A stretch of DNA of 61,635 nucleotides, filler included, from Choristocarpus tenellus KU-1152 (GCA_964200185.2; 8 parts of 8 records of this genome joined end to end with filler, not necessarily neighbours in it); one strand, 5' to 3'; counted from the whole stretch's first letter, positions 12,553-25,716 are shown. Numbers and translations: made by a program. Notes: generated by a model not told the origin, from the letters alone.

Positions 12553-15500
12553 ATGTCGAATAAGCGAAGAAAGAATAATAACAAGTGAGAAAGCGTTTAA
12601 AGTCTCTGCTGTCATATTGAACATCACTAGTGTAAGAACTGAGACCAATACACCAGATCTTCGTGGTGCACCTCGGTAGTCTAGAATTAACTGTAATCTA
12701 TATGTTTTGGCTTGACTATGATCATCACGTTCCTACTTTATAGTGTATCGACAACAAATCCCCTAAAGAGGCATTCAGAGGTGTAGGCTAGAGAGCGAAT
12801 ACCCACTTTTAGTCATTTCTGGTCCAACACAGATCGTCTCGTGCGGACGGACGCGAGGAATACTGGGATGATGACTATTTACCAGAGGACGTAGCTGGAA
12901 ATGAAGGCGATTCGGGGTGGTCGAACGGTGCTGCAGTGAGCAAGCGCTCCAGGGAGCGCCTCGAGAACCTCAGTAAGGTCGGACACAGACAAGAGCACGA
13001 AAGTGGGTGTTCTAGGGCGTATTCAAGCGATCAACTTGTCCTCTGCTCCGATAGATAGCCCCTGACTGAGCACCCCCAAACGTAAGAGGGAATACTGAAA
13101 GGGAATTTACTGGTTGCTTGAGGTAGCTGATGGACTACTGATGACTAATCATACCTGGATGGGACGTATTGGGTGGGGGGCGAGATGGTGAGGGATAGAG
13201 AAACTTGCAAGCCAAGGAATGTAAAGTGAGTCGCTGTTTGCTGTCCTGTGGAGGAGTGTGGGGCTTGAGGGTTGCAATGCTAAGGGTCTCTTTTAGCGGA
13301 TCGGTCTTCCAACGTATCCAACAGGGAGGTGGTCCTAAAGGGTACTCGAACCACTCCCAATGATTGCACCCCACCTTACATTTTTTTCTTCTTGTCTTTG
13401 TTCTGTCTGCTCGCTACCCTGTGCTTTCAACGCTTACTCTATTCCTAAAGACGAAATCCAGAATGTAGTTGTGAACTCTGGAGTGGTTCTTCAAGCTGAG
13501 CATTTATTTGAAAGGCTATGCGCTTCACTGCAGCATTATGCTGTGGTTAGAAGGCTGAGAATCCTCACATAATCCACATGTTTTTCTAAACCCATTTGAC
13601 AGAATATATTGTGGGTAAAAAGCATTAATTATATGATTAGGGTGGGTTTTGTGTATGCAGTAGAAATAGAGCAATATTGTATTCAACAGACACATCAAAC
13701 AAGTACTCAAATTATTTGTTTGTTCGCTGTACCCCTTTGTAATCCGAGTCACCCTTGCTTTGTGAGAACGTTTCCTTGTATGTATTGCATAGATACTAGG
13801 AGGGGCTGTTATTCACAGTCCCTCTTTGTTGTTTGATTGAAGTCTTCAAAGGAAGGCGCTTTTTTTGCCTGTTCAGTGTAGGGGTAGTTTGACTAACCCT
13901 AATCCTAAGTAGTTGATGGTTTCCTCTTGGTGGCCATTATCATTGTCTAGAGAGACCCTTTTGTATCATTTTTTATTCCCAGTCGAATAGATACATGCAT
14001 GGTGAAATATCATCTTGTTTGGTATGCACTTAATGTAGTATGTGGGAGGGTATATAGTTACAGGTATTCTATGATTCTCTGGGGCATAACGGTGTTTGCG
14101 GGTTGAGAGGTATCCTATCTTAGAGTGGGGTGTTGTTGAGTGTTGGAGTCATTTTGATTGCTTTCTAGTACATGTCCTTCTAGCACCCAAAAGGGTGATC
14201 TTGCCCTCATGTGGATGAGCACTCTGCTCTTCTACAGGCACAGACCTATAGTATCGTAGAGGGGGGAGGTATTTTACACAAGAGGCAGCTGTGACTGCCT
14301 TCTAGCACACGTGGTCCTAACGCTCTCTCCGGAGGGTGATATTGTTCTTGTGTAGATGAAAACTTGCTTCCTCTTCTACAGCCATAGCCTCCTCATGGAA
14401 GTTAGCTGTATTTTGAGCATGGGAACAGGGGTGTTAGCCTGAAGATTTCTCAAGTCTGTTACATTCAAAAGGTTCTAAATTGACCCTCCTCAAAGATAGG
14501 ATAGTTTTCATTAACTGCTACCTCTTGCTGTCCAAATTATGCAATATGATACAGTAAAGACCTCTTATCCCAAGTGCTTGCGAGCGTTTTGTGTAACTGC
14601 CAAAACAATACAATTGTGCTACCTCTGCTTGGAAAATATAATATAGTATAGGTTGCTACTTCCGGTACTGTGGCCCTTGTTCTGTACCTTGTGGGAAGGA
14701 GCTCATTGTCATCATTGTCTTGTTAGTAGTGGTATCATGTCATAATACAGGTAGCACTTCTGGCTGACCTTATAGATGAAAAACCACTTCTGATCCACAT
14801 GAGCCAAGTCTTTGAAAGGTGGAAGCTCTTCGATTGCCCAGGTCCCTCGGTGACCCAGTGCATTGCCCACCCCGATACCTTTGTATGTTGTGCTCACCAG
14901 TAAGCCAAATACCTTTGTATTTGAATTAATAACTGGCAGCGACTTACGATAGGTTCAACACCCTAACCCTAATACCAAGGTTTTTGATGTCTTAGTGAGT
15001 AGTGGACATTGCTATGTCAATCTGAGGGCCTCTTAGTCACTAGGGTGCACTGTGCCTTCTTTTTTTTTGTAATGTCAACATGTTGGTGGCATCTCTTACT
15101 TAGGTGATTGACATCGCTCACACCTTTTTGACAGAAGAAATTTCCTTCTTTTTTGGGGTCACACCAATGTTGTCATAGATAACTCCAGCATATTTTTTGG
15201 GGTCCTGCAGCCCTTTCAATGCCTTAAAATGGTCTTAGTGTTGCTCTTCTTAGTATTGCTCTCTCCAACACATAATATCAGTCTTAGTGTTGCCTTTTGT
15301 TTGATGTGTATCAAGGACAAAGGTCCAATGATGTATCCTTGCTGCCTCAAAGCAGATCTGTGGTTACTGCCCCTCTTTCAGGCAGCATTAGGTTAGGGTT
15401 AGGGTTAATCAGGTTTTTCTTTTGATAGGAAAGGTCATATTCTGAGTTGTGATGCATCTACCTACGGTGAGTGTATCGGTTGATTTTAACTTGAAGTATC

Positions 15501-18500
15501 ATGGTATCATGGCATGATGATCTCATAATTCTTACCCTTGGTTGCAATCGGTCCTCTAACCCTAACCCTATCCTTAATCCTTCTCATCATTCCTACCCGA
15601 ACCGAACATGATGATACCTGATATGTGAACTGACCACAATTAGACCACACTCTTCATGATCTTGACATTGATTTGAAAATATTCATTGGAGGGTGTGAGA
15701 TACGCAGTTTAGTGTCCCAAGCAATAGAATGTTCCTTAAGATAAGTAGTATGGAGCACGAGGTCATTGATCATCTATTGATTGCCTCCGGTGGTGGAATT
15801 GCAGAGACGATAGCTGAGATCATAATGCTAGATCTTGTGTTGATCTTGTGTTTAACTGGGAACCATGAGTCATATTGCTGATAGTGCATGTATGATCATC
15901 TTTATAGGATACCGATCAGCCAGCTTAGCACTCAACCACTTGCAATTTAACCTTGGGAGGCGAGGTATTGAGGTTGCTGCAAAGATCAGGTCAACGCTCT
16001 GATTTCACCATCTCAATATGACACGCTATTCCATTTTTTTTTTTTTAATGTTGCATTGATTTCAATATATATATATATGCCCTAGGATCACCCTCCTTGA
16101 CCTTTTTGTGAAGGAGTGGATTTTTTGATAATTTTCCTTCACCTCCCCCTGACTCTCACATAGAATATTAATATCGATAAGAGTAATATTGTATTCATGC
16201 ATCAGGGACAAAAAAGGCGAGGAACTGCAGCAGGGCAGGACAAAGCTAAGGGTCTTGAGACTGGAATCCCTTCACTAGCAGAGGTGGACGATGATGAAGA
16301 TTCTATGTTACTTAACTTCAAAGATCATGTCAACATGCAGGTTAGAGAGACTCTGGGGTGTGGCTAGACTCCCATCCTGTCCCCCCCTTTGTTGAATGTG
16401 GTGGTCTGCCATTCTAAAATGTGTTTTTTTTCGATTATTGTAGCACTTACATGTTTGTTTTGATTGTTGTACATTAAGAAATACTAATTGCTGTACAGTA
16501 TACATTATACAACATACATTAAGCATTGTACTCCCTCTGTTTCACTTGATTGAACACCTATGAGTTTGGAAGGGTGGTATGCCACACCCTAGGACAACGA
16601 AGGTCTGAGAAGATAGGATATGTTTGTATACATTGTCATTAAGCTCTGTTTAATATTTGGTGGAAAACGAGTAAGTACATCCCAACCTCTATGGTCTTCC
16701 CCTCAGCCTGGAGGAACACCACGCCATTGGCCACCAAAGACGCATCTACATGCACTACTATCTGCCTATCCTCCTATGTCTTGCAGACTCCCTTTATGTT
16801 GTTATCACCTAAGTGGTTCAACACAGCCCTGTACTGTGCCAAGAGATTCTGCCAGACCTTGTCATGGGTCTCAGTATCATACTCTTTGTATCTCTTCAAC
16901 ACATTTTGTACCAGTTCCTCAATGTTGTACTAGCGAAGGCACTCTGGTCTGTTGTCTGCACACGCCAGAAGAATCCGAGGTCCAGAGTGTTCAAATCTGG
17001 TGACTGGGCAGGTTGTTTGAGCACACATATTGAGAAGCCTCTGGCAGTGACCCAATCAATCACCCACTGCTTTCTCAGCAGATGCTGTATGTGAACATAT
17101 GCTGTATGTGGCCTTGCATTGACGTCCTGAAGGAAAACAATGTCCTGCTTTAATAGGCATGGTTGAGACACTAAAGCTAGCAAGTGCGGGCATTTTCTCA
17201 TAAAGCTCACCAGTCATGTTGACGGTCTTTGTCTCAATGGTACATCGAATGCAATTAATCAATTAGAGGATGAGACAAAGGATGTTCGTCTTGCTGTAAC
17301 TAATCAATTAGAGGATGAGACAAAGGATGTTCGTCTTGCTGTAACTAATCAATTAGAGGATGAGACAAAGGATATTCGTCTTGCTGTAACTAATCAATTA
17401 GAGGATGAGACAAAGGATATTCGTCTTGCTGTAACTAATCAATTAGAGGATGAGACAAAGGATGTTCGTCTTGCTGTAGCTCACTCTGTCAGTGGCCAAG
17501 TTCTGATCATGATCTTCCAAACCGTCCCACGAAGTAAGTAACATCCTCCAAAGTATGTAACATGAATTACAAACATGGGGGCATGCGTTTGCAGCCAGAA
17601 ACATCACTTTTTGGAATGTGTGACTTGCTTGTGACGTGAGGACACTTAAAGGTAATGCCTCCCCAGGCTTGATGTAAACCCTTTGCCATTGGGAAACCTT
17701 GTCAAACCATTTCTCATCATTGAGGTGGACACGGTCAAACATGGACTCAAACACGTTCCCTGTACACTTTTTCAGGATGGTGCTCATGACAACGGCCACC
17801 CTACCTATCCACCTTTGTGTTGGTCAGAGAGGAAGGGCTTGATGACTCTTCGATATGTTTTGACCCCTGTCTCCTCAATGTACCTCCTTCTCTTCCCTAG
17901 GGTGACTTTGGCCTTTGCAGCCCATCTCCTCTGACTGCTTTAATTGCGCCAATATCCTCTTGCGGAATGGTTCTTGGTCGTCCACTATGAACAGAGGCTA
18001 AGCCCATGCCCTACCCATTATCGCAGCTCCATGATCCCACCCTCACCAACCGAGTCAATGTTGTTGTGAACATTCTGTACTTGTGTGCAGTTTGCGATCA
18101 GGCGCCTCATTGGACCCTGCCACAGGCCTTGTGCAGCCGAAAGTGCTCTCCAATGGCAGCTTGCCGCTTGTACATGACCAATGGATGTCTTTCGCCTTTC
18201 CTTTCCTTTCCCATCGTGCAAAGTATGGTTTTGATTGGTTCGCCCGATCTCGAGAATTTGTAATTCTGGTGTGTTGCAATCACCCTTCTCAATAGGAAGG
18301 CAACCAAATGTAACTGATAAACACAATTTCACAGTTTCAGGTCCAATTTTCACACCCTGCAACAGAGACAACAACGGCATACACCCTGCTATACCTTCAC
18401 TGGCACCAACTGTACTCGATAATGGCAAACACTCAAACGTTGGTTAGGGGCTTGTTTGAAAGCTCATAATTTGTCCGTTAACATGTATATAACATGTGTA

Positions 18501-19944
18501 TCACCGAACAATAATTTAGGACACCCAAGCCAGGGCCTCTGCACCCCAAAACATGGGTGTTTAATCAAGCCCAACAGAGGGAGTATAATGCATGACATAG
18601 GAGTACATTATAGGCTCGTGTTTGCAAGCATCCACTTTTTTATCTGCTACATCCAATTACTGATTTCTCTTTTTAGAAACGTTTTTCTTTCTTCCTTTAA
18701 TTGTAGACACTTCAGCGTCCATATCTATCCTTAGTGTTTTCTTCCTTTTTAATTGTAGACGCTTCATTGTCCATATCTATCCATATTTCTACATATTTTT
18801 GCAAGATTGTTTGGTCTTGGTATGGTATGGGTAGTTAGAAGTATTGAACTGTTGATGTTTTTTTCAAAATCCTTATACCGTTTGTGGTATATATAATAAC
18901 TGTAATACAGTCATACCGCATCAGTGGCTGCTGATTTCTTAGTTATCATAAAAACACTAAATTTACATAGAAGTTGGTGGCCTGCCCACTTAATTGAATA
19001 GCCCTTATTTATAACACGGGTCTAATATATATTCTTACTTGTGTAATTATTTTAAATGGTGAACTGTTGTGATACCAATCAACACTGCTCAAGTCCAAAT
19101 CTGAAAAATAAAAGCACAATGGTAGTGCATACTCTTCGTAATATGTCCCATCTGTTTTGTTGTATGGTGGGTTGTACTTGATAGGCTACTAGTAGATTGT
19201 ATTTGATTCAGTCAAGGGGTAGAAGGTTGGTTGTTGTATGCTGTTGTTTGAGGCACATTTTTTGAATGGATTATTTAGATTTAGTACTACTACTATTTCA
19301 ATTACTATCATACTGTCATACTATATACTTCAATAGCAATTTTTTTGTGTGTGTTTGTGTTACGTATTAATGTACTTCCATCATACTATCATACTATGTA
19401 CTTCCTTTCAATATCGCAATGCTCTCATCAAAGCACACCAGCTCTCATGTCTCTACAAGTCCCTAACCCTTACCACTCCCAAACCCCTCTCCATCTGTGC
19501 TATCTATGCAAATCTCGCAGCTAAAGGCTCAGCATGAGAACCGCCCAATATGGGTTCTGCCAGATGGACACATCTTTCTAGAGGCCATGTCACCCTATTA
19601 CACACAGGTTTGAGATTGCAGATAAAGGATGTAGGTTGTAGGTTGTCTACAACCTTACTACACATGGGGTTGCTGTCGATATTTTGTGATTCCCCCTGTT
19701 GTCCTTCTTCCCCTTCTTGCCCTTCTTGATCGGCTCATCTGTCCCCTTCCCCCCTTTCCACCTATAATGTACACATTTTTCCCTTGGGTGTCAGGCGTAT
19801 GACTTCTTGGTTGCAATTTCAGAGCCTGTGTCTCGACCAGAGTTTGTCCATGAGTACAAGTTGACCCCTTACTCCCTTTATGCGGCTGTGGCTGTCTCCA
19901 TTGACACAGAGAGCATTATTCGTGTGCTCAACCGCCTGTCAAAG
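12553..19944 (+). CDS. ERCC3: TFIIH helicase/translocase XPB (Ssl2/Rad25), 5' partial (exons 1-5; remainder lost beyond the assembly spacer)
   Basis: Exons 12553-12584, 12833-12977, 16206-16340, 19521-19607, 19795-19944 with GT-AG borders, in phase. Translation includes [79 protein letters not shown], the conserved XPB N-terminal domain. Exons 1-3 are low-complexity and less certain. Confidence 0.92.
16531..18583 (-). mobile_element. Decayed full-length Tc1/mariner element (Stowaway-associated, DD39D-like clade) in XPB intron 3
   Basis: TIRs CTCCCTCTGTTTCACTTGATTGAACACC and GGTGTTTAATCAAGCCCAACAGAGGGAG (24/28 match), flanked by TA on both sides. Frameshifted transposase motifs [50 protein letters not shown]. 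Confidence 0.9.
17256..17480. repeat. Tandem array, 5 x 45 bp, inside the mariner transposase
   Basis: Unit TAATCAATTAGAGGATGAGACAAAGGATRTTCGTCTTGCTGTARC repeated five times head-to-tail with no spacers. Confidence 0.95.
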
Positions 19945-20554
19945 GTGAGTTATAATTGACACATAGGCCCTTCTAGTACCCCCATACAAATTTGGGGGTG
20001 TTATGCAGTAGCAATTCTTGCACTTGATGTGTTGTTGTACTATGTTATTATGATATTATTATTATATTCCATGCGTAAGTGTCAAGGCACCATAGCTCTC
20101 TGCGAAAGGGGGCAATCACTCACGAGACTGAACTCTTCAATCACTTTCACTATCACTACAGAGGGCAAGACCGAGTTTCTCAGGTCTTAACCTGAGTGAC
20201 ATCTCAAAGGCAGTTGAGAAATTCAGAACAGAAAAAAAACAACTTAGTGCACAAAAGATGTCACAGAATGACTGAGCAAGGCTACAGCAGGGAAATGGAT
20301 AAGTTAGAATCGGAATGGATCTTCGTTCTGACAGTCCTTCTGACTGTTTGGTCAAATCCAAAATCTTGTGGGTTTGTCTGGTTTAGTGGACTGGTCGACA
20401 TGGGCAAGTTTCAATGACATGGTTGGAGTGTGCATATGTATATGGTCATGTATTCACAAGATGTGTGTGTGGGTGATGCCAATAAAGGAACCTGTCCCTG
20501 GCATACATACATAATATTACATTGCATTATTTTATTACATTATATTGTATAGTA

Positions 20555-22000
20555 CTACCTCTGTGCCATATATCTGTTCCATATTGTCCGTAACTTTTGA
20601 AGATGATGAAATTCATTTCTGAAAGAAGATTTGGAAACCTTGACGAAATTCTGGTTAGGGTCAGCTCTTTTTATTATTATTACTCCCCACCCATCACAAT
20701 TTTACCAGCCACAGAAAAAGCCTCCATGTCTACCTTCAGTGTGTTTTTAAACTCACTAGGCAACTGGCTCTTCCTTACCCCTGTGTGCTCCACACTGAAG
20801 TCATTCCCCCCCCCTTTGTATCTAAGTACTTGATTGTACACCACAAGAAGGAGCTGCCAAGCCCTCTCAAGTGTGGTTTCATCATACTCTTCATCCTATT
20901 TCTTAATGACCTTCACCATCTCCTCAACAGACCCAAACCGCTCCCCCATCACCTGGCATTTCAAAGACCTGAAGAAGGACAGGTCCATGATATTGAGGTT
21001 GAGGGAGTTAAATGACTGCATCACAAGCCTAATCGACCACCTCTCAGTCTTCCCTGCCCCTGACAAGATTTCTGAGTTGCCCTGGACCATGTGGGGGTTG
21101 GCACAGTCTTGCTGAACGATAACATGCTTACCCTACAACCAAGACATCTTGGTCTAGATTGCAGGCAGTAACTCCTCCGTGTGCCACTTCCTGTACCACA
21201 AATGGTCTAAAGTACAGTCCTGCTCATACACATCCTCTTTCTTATGGTTCTTGCTTGTCCTGTCTGCTGTTTTTGGCACACACATTCCAAACACCAAGCT
21301 TTGCATCAAAGCTGTGAGCCAAATTTTGGCTGCAATGATCATGGTTTGGGAGATATGACTCTTGTGCTGCACAGTAGGGGACCCTGGAAGGTCGCTATCA
21401 TCCTCATACAGAAATACCCTAACCCTTTCCCCATCAGTCATCACGTAAAACCAGGTTTCACCCACATAGATCATGTTCACCATGGAGGCGTACACACCAC
21501 ATTTCCGGTCCACTTGATATCAAATAAAGTTCATTCTCTATACCTTTTGCCACGATTTAAGCTTGGGTTTGATCCAGCGGCAATTTGGCATGGTACCCGT
21601 ATCATCCAACCACCTCTTTATGGTGCTCATGCTATAATTCAGCCCCTTGGTGCCCATCTTCATTGCCACCTGACGCAATGTGTATGACCGATTATCGGAG
21701 TTGATACTATGTATTGTGGCCATCTTGGTCAGTGTGAGCTCTGAAGGCCGCCCACTACATGCTGCCACTCCTAGGTCAAGTGTGTGACCATGGGTGAGCT
21801 GATCCGTTACGTCCTCCTAGAGCCCTCATATGTAACGCTTGGACACTCCAAACTCCGCTGCGAGGGCTGGCCCAATGTGTCGTGGCAGTTTATGCTCACT
21901 GACCATAGCGAGGGCATGCTGCACTGCAAGCTCAACCCTGGTATTCAGGGACACTTGGGCACCCTTCCTATGGGGGGAGGTCAACGGGGGGGTTGCCATG
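20555..22000 (-). mobile_element. Second decayed mariner element (different family) in XPB intron 5, truncated by the assembly spacer
   Basis: TA|CTACCTCTGT terminus at 20555. Transposase remnants MIYVGETWFYV, VQHKSHISQTMIIAA, ADRTSKN, VIVQQDCANPH, NLNIMDLSFFRSLK and C-terminal GGNDFSVEHTGVRK, with stops and frameshifts. Confidence 0.85.
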
Positions 22001-22100
22001 NNNNNNNNNNNNNNNNNNNNNNNNNNNNNNNNNNNNNNNNNNNNTTAATTAATTAANNNNNNNNNNNNNNNNNNNNNNNNNNNNNNNNNNNNNNNNNNNN
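22001..22100. other. Artificial contig-joining spacer (also 37992-38091, 40597-40696, 45658-45757, 52578-52677, 55485-55584, 58435-58534)
   Basis: Identical 100-bp N44-TTAATTAATTAA-N44 block, which puts stop codons in all six frames. Confidence 0.97.
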
Positions 22101-22123
22101 TTCCTTTTTGTGTGGTTGGTGTA

Positions 22124-22420
22124 GGTGATGATGAGTCGGAATGCCATGTGGGCGGAAATGGGGGGGGTGGGGATGGTGAAGCTGTCATCGGTGCAACTTT
22201 TGGAAGACGAGGCAATCACAGTGAGGAAGGAGTTGGTAGTGGGGAGGGAGGGGAGGGAAAGGGTGAGAAAGATGGGCGGGGGGGGCAAGGAGGTTGTAGT
22301 AGTGTCGGGGGGAGAAAGAGCTATGTGGAGGAGAGGGTGGGAAGTGGTGCCTGTACGGGCAGTTTTCTTGGGAAGGAGGATTCCTTGGGCTTAAGCCATG
22401 GACCTGTGGGAGAAGTGTAG
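22124..22420 (+). CDS. Possible Gly-rich terminal exon of an unknown gene
   Basis: Purine-rich open frame following a GTAG acceptor at the start of the contig; no recognisable domain and the frame is ambiguous. Confidence 0.25.
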   Translation, partial: GDDESECHVGGNGGGGDGEAVIGATFGRRGNHSEEGVGSGEGGEGKGEKDGRGGQGGCSSVGGRKSYVEERVGSGACTGSFLGKEDSLGLSHGPVGEV

Positions 22421-23190
22421 GTAGTAGAATCCATTAGTGGTGTGGTTGGGAAAGAGAAGAGAGGGGCCTGTTGCAGTTGAAGAGACCCTGGCAACAGAGT
22501 CAGGCGAAGATCTGTCATGTGTTTGAGGTAGTAGTGAGAGGGAAATGTGTATGGGAGAGATCATTGTGTGAAGAGGCAACAGTCGGATCACCAACAGAAT
22601 AATAGCTTGTGTGCCATGTTTTCAGTCGGTGGGGATGCGTTAATTAGCCTTGTGGTATATTCCACGCCCCCTCAATAATATTTTTTATTTTATTTTATTA
22701 TATTGGTGGGTATCAACACCCATGATAGAGATTGCTTAAGGAGATGCTAAGAGAGAAGTCCAGGATCGGTCCCTGAAATTCGTTCCTATTGTACCATCAT
22801 ACGTATATGGTCTCTGTGTATAGAGTTGCCGTTAGGAGACCCAGTTCAGCCTAATTATGCTTATTGGAATTTCGAGGAACTTCCATGTGTGTGGAAATTA
22901 GGGGAATGTGTGATACCTCAATACCAGAGAGGGAGTGATGGCCAGGGCGCGATGGAACAACTTCGTGCTACAGAGCGCTACGGATATATTTTTGTAGTCT
23001 TGTGAAAAGCATGGGAGTTACTTCATGCGGCCTACTTCAGTGTAAGTAGTTTGGTATACTATTATTTTTGTATCTTCGGTTCACACATGAATCTACACCA
23101 TGTGTCTTGATAATCCTATATGCATAATGATACTACTACTTGGGGGGTAGGTAGTATGTTTAAGGTATGTGACATCCTGTAGATCCACTT

Positions 23191-23446
23191 GAGTGAAAGT
23201 ATCTTAGACGGTACGAGTTTTGCCCTGCTTGTCCATTTGGGGCTTGTCTTTCACTGTTTTTTTAGGACATTTACTCAAAACAATTTTGGAGTAGGTAAAA
23301 TGCATCCGTTATGAAAAGGTGTGATTAAAACAGGGATAATTGATACTTCCTAACAAACACAATGATCAAAATTACATCAAAATATCGCAACATTGCATTT
23401 TGGCCCCCAAATGGACGTGGCTCTACCCTCTAAGATACTTTTGCTA
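23191..23446 (+). mobile_element. MITE family A (GAG...CTC termini, Sola-like), copy 1
   Basis: TIR GAGTGAAAGTATCTTAGA...TCTAAGATACTTTTGCTA; 4-bp TSD ACTT. Confidence 0.9.
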
Positions 23447-24231
23447 ACTTGTTGCGAGTAGTACACAGAGGAGGAGAATTGGGTGGAATGCAAACACAGT
23501 ATAAAAAATATTAACACTGTGCGTTGCCCAGTCGGTTTGGGTAGATGATTTATGCAGTTCCAGGGTCCTCCTGTTGCTGCCGTCGTGATCTTAGAGGCAA
23601 AGCAGCACCAAACACAAAACTTGTTGGTGCTATGCTCTTACTGTGCAAGATCTCATGAGAGGCCTCAGATAATAGCAAGCATTGATGAACAAGAGGTTTC
23701 AGACAGGTTTTGTTGTTATTCTACCTGGTCTGAGTGAGATCTGATCTCAGCCGGCTGAAAGCCTTCTGACAGGCCCAACTGGAGAAAGAAGGGAAAAGAC
23801 ACACTGCATGTCGCAACAATAACAAACCTTGTTCGAACCTCTGGAGCTCTGCATCGATCTTGCACTAAGTAATATATATCGTGGAGCTTAAAACATGTAT
23901 ACATATGTGTGTGTGTATGTCTTCATCCGTGATCCAGAGTCAAACGTCTTGAGCATATTTCACAACACAAGTTTTCATAGAAGAACGAAATTAAACCCAT
24001 TTTTTAGACGGCATGATTTCCCACACCAATAATGAACGAGCAAGGCATCAAAAAACGATGTTCTTGTGTGGAATAGACGGATTCTCAGTCTATTTCAGTC
24101 AAGTAGGGTACGCACATCAATTGTGACATCTAGCTTGTAACATGCATCCTCATCATATTTCATTGATATTCCTATTGTTTCTGCTGTGAGTTTTCCTTTC
24201 TTTCAGGAGAAGTTGAGCGGTGTTTCGATCA

Positions 24232-24488
24232 GAGTCAAAGTAAACGAGAGGGTACCCAGGTTTTGGCCGTTTTGTGTCAAATAAGTTTTTCAATCTTTGG
24301 CAATTCACCCATATTTCTATGGATGGAGATCTAAGTTTGACTCGAGAGGGTTGATATCTCTGTTTTTCTTATCTTTTGGACACAATTGAGAAAATGTCCT
24401 GTTACACTCTTGTAAAACGACGAATTTTGCACATTTGTAAGCATCCTTAAAAAATGCAACTCTGGGTCCCTCTCGTTTACTTTGATTC
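24232..24488. mobile_element. MITE family B (GAGTCAAAGTAAACGAGAGGGTACCCAG TIR)
   Basis: Inverted termini GAGTCAAAGTAAACGAGAGGGTACCCAG and CTGGGTCCCTCTCGTTTACTTTGATTC; the first ~11 bp resemble family A termini. Confidence 0.8.
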
Positions 24489-24559
24489 TGATCTATTGAG
24501 TCAGATGATGTCACTACTATTCACTACTAGTACCACTGATGAACTACTATAGTGGTTTG

Positions 24560-25440
24560 CTGGTTTACGTGGATGATCTGATCAGTTATTCTCCCACATG
24601 GGAAGGATATTTCCACTCACTAGGGCAGCGGTTCAAAGCTTTGCAAGCGGCAGGTTTGACCTTGAAACCGTCAAAAATTCAATAATGACCAAAAACGTCC
24701 CGTTAACTGTGTCACGTTGTGTCATCTGAAAGGGTGCGTATCAGTGAAGATCTGGCTGTGCCATCACTGAATTTCCTAAACCCACCACTATCAAAGAACT
24801 TCGATCTGTCCTAGGTATAACTAGTTTTGTGAGTAAATTTAAACCCAACCCAGCCACAGTCCTTGAACCGTTTTATAACGCCGTACTAAGGAATATGTCA
24901 GTAAGAACATTGCTAAAGAATGGAGAATGGAGAATGGAGAATGGAACGGGATATGTGGCATTACCACAAAGTGGAAGTATTACTCACTGCAGCCCCAGAT
25001 CCCATATTTTCCTGACTTTACCAAAGAGTTCGTCGTCCATGTTGGTGCCAAATGAGTGTGGTGCCGAAGTTTCTTTTGCACGACCCCAATACAATAATCC
25101 CAATGACCTAGGTAACGCTACTTGCTTCAACAAGAAGTTTAATGAAGCTCAGAGTCACCATTCAGCTACACTGAGAGAGTGATCTGCAGTCCACACGGCT
25201 ATAGCTCACTGGCGACCGTATCTGCGGGGTAGACACTTTACCTGCGTTACAAACCATACCACATTGTGTAACTTGTACGTAATGCAGGATACCAGTAATG
25301 TGTTCGACAATCCGTGCGTGAAGAGTACTCAGCAAACCAAAGATAGTTTACAGGAGCTTGCATTTGAGTCCTGGTCGTCATCCATCCACAAATGTTATCT
25401 GTCACCTTCTCCTTTGTGGCTATGGACTCTCACTTTCACA
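24560..25440 (+). mobile_element. Ty3/gypsy LTR-retrotransposon pol relic (RT to RNase H)
   Basis: VYVDDLISYS (RT), FPKPTTIKELRSVLGITSF, KKFNEAQSHHSATLRE*...AIAHWRPYLRGRHFTCVTNH (RNase H), with stops and frameshifts. Confidence 0.8.
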
Positions 25441-25456
25441 AAAGAGTGTAACAGAT

Positions 25457-25716
25457 GAGTGAGATTATCTTAGAGGGTAGGAGTTTTGCCCTGTTTGTCC
25501 ATTTGGGGCTTGGCTTCCCATGGGTTATTTTGTGACATTTTCCTACTCCAATATATTTAGGAATAGGTAAAGTGTGTATGTTATGAAAAGGTATGTCCAG
25601 AACATGGATATCGACACTTCCTCAACAAACACGATAGCCAAAATTACATGAAAATCGCAGCATTGGATTTTGGTCCCCAAATGGACGTGACTCTACCCTC
25701 TAAGATACTTTGGCTC
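25457..25716 (+). mobile_element. MITE family A, copy 2
   Basis: Same TIRs and internal sequence; 4-bp TSD AGAT. Confidence 0.92.

Noticed and set aside
13451-13545. Extra XPB exon in intron 2
   Set aside because: In the required phase 0 it hits a stop (ACG AAA TCC AGA ATG TAG); exons 2 and 3 join in frame without it.
17256-17480. CRISPR-like array
   Set aside because: Units are contiguous with no unique spacers, no cas genes are present, the context is eukaryotic and the unit derives from transposase sequence.
18682-18782. Two-copy ~50-bp direct repeat (similar small duplications near 14180-14390 and 54283-54308)
   Set aside because: Ordinary local duplications in intronic or TE-derived DNA with no sign of function.
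22045-22056. Recurrent TTAATTAATTAA as a biological motif
   Set aside because: Always centred in identical 100-bp N blocks; it is an assembly linker with six-frame stops.
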